From contig CAVNZM010000004.1 in the NCBI GenBank assembly GCA_963693365.1, forward strand, positions 2,378,389 to 2,442,388: a stretch of DNA of 64,000 nt, written 5' to 3'. Below are positions 63,973 to 64,000 of the stretch, piece by piece (the stretch's first letter is position 1; every line of letters begins with the position of its first letter). Position numbers and translations under genes: made by a program. The notes under the pieces were generated by a model. It was not told the DNA's origin. It did not search any database and worked only from the letters and a program-made list of their open reading frames with translations. This stretch comes from Amoebidium appalachense. Taxonomy: Eukaryota; Protista; Ichthyosporea.

Positions 63973-64000
63973 ACACCCCACACACACACAAAAAAATTTA

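Overview
Intron-rich eukaryotic genomic DNA, probably from a unicellular opisthokont/holozoan (inferred from a PKD-type kinase, a three-C1 DGK and CTRAY branch points). Introns are packed with poly(C)/poly(G), (CA)n/(TG)n and (CT)n/(GA)n tracts, which produce most of the listed ORFs as artefacts. Hand splicing gives frame-consistent models for six genes: a Pumilio-like gene (5' part, minus strand, runs off the left edge), TFIIF beta head-to-head with BUB3, a PKD-type kinase lacking C1/PH domains, a 16-exon diacylglycerol kinase with an intronic tRNA-Leu(UAG), and TOM7. There is also an intronless secreted Cys-repeat protein and an intact 710-aa non-LTR reverse transcriptase ORF with no endonuclease domain. 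The most unusual signal is a possible microsatellite-centred system. Poly(C) tracts start just after most 5' splice sites. A 5'-truncated retroposon-like family with conserved RNA-motif blocks ends in those poly(C) tracts, always in sense orientation. A second short element and the RT element abut (CA)n. Two foldback MITEs have AG..CT ends and 6-bp TSDs, and there is a 32-bp mini-transposon. Everything was read by eye; no database searches were run.
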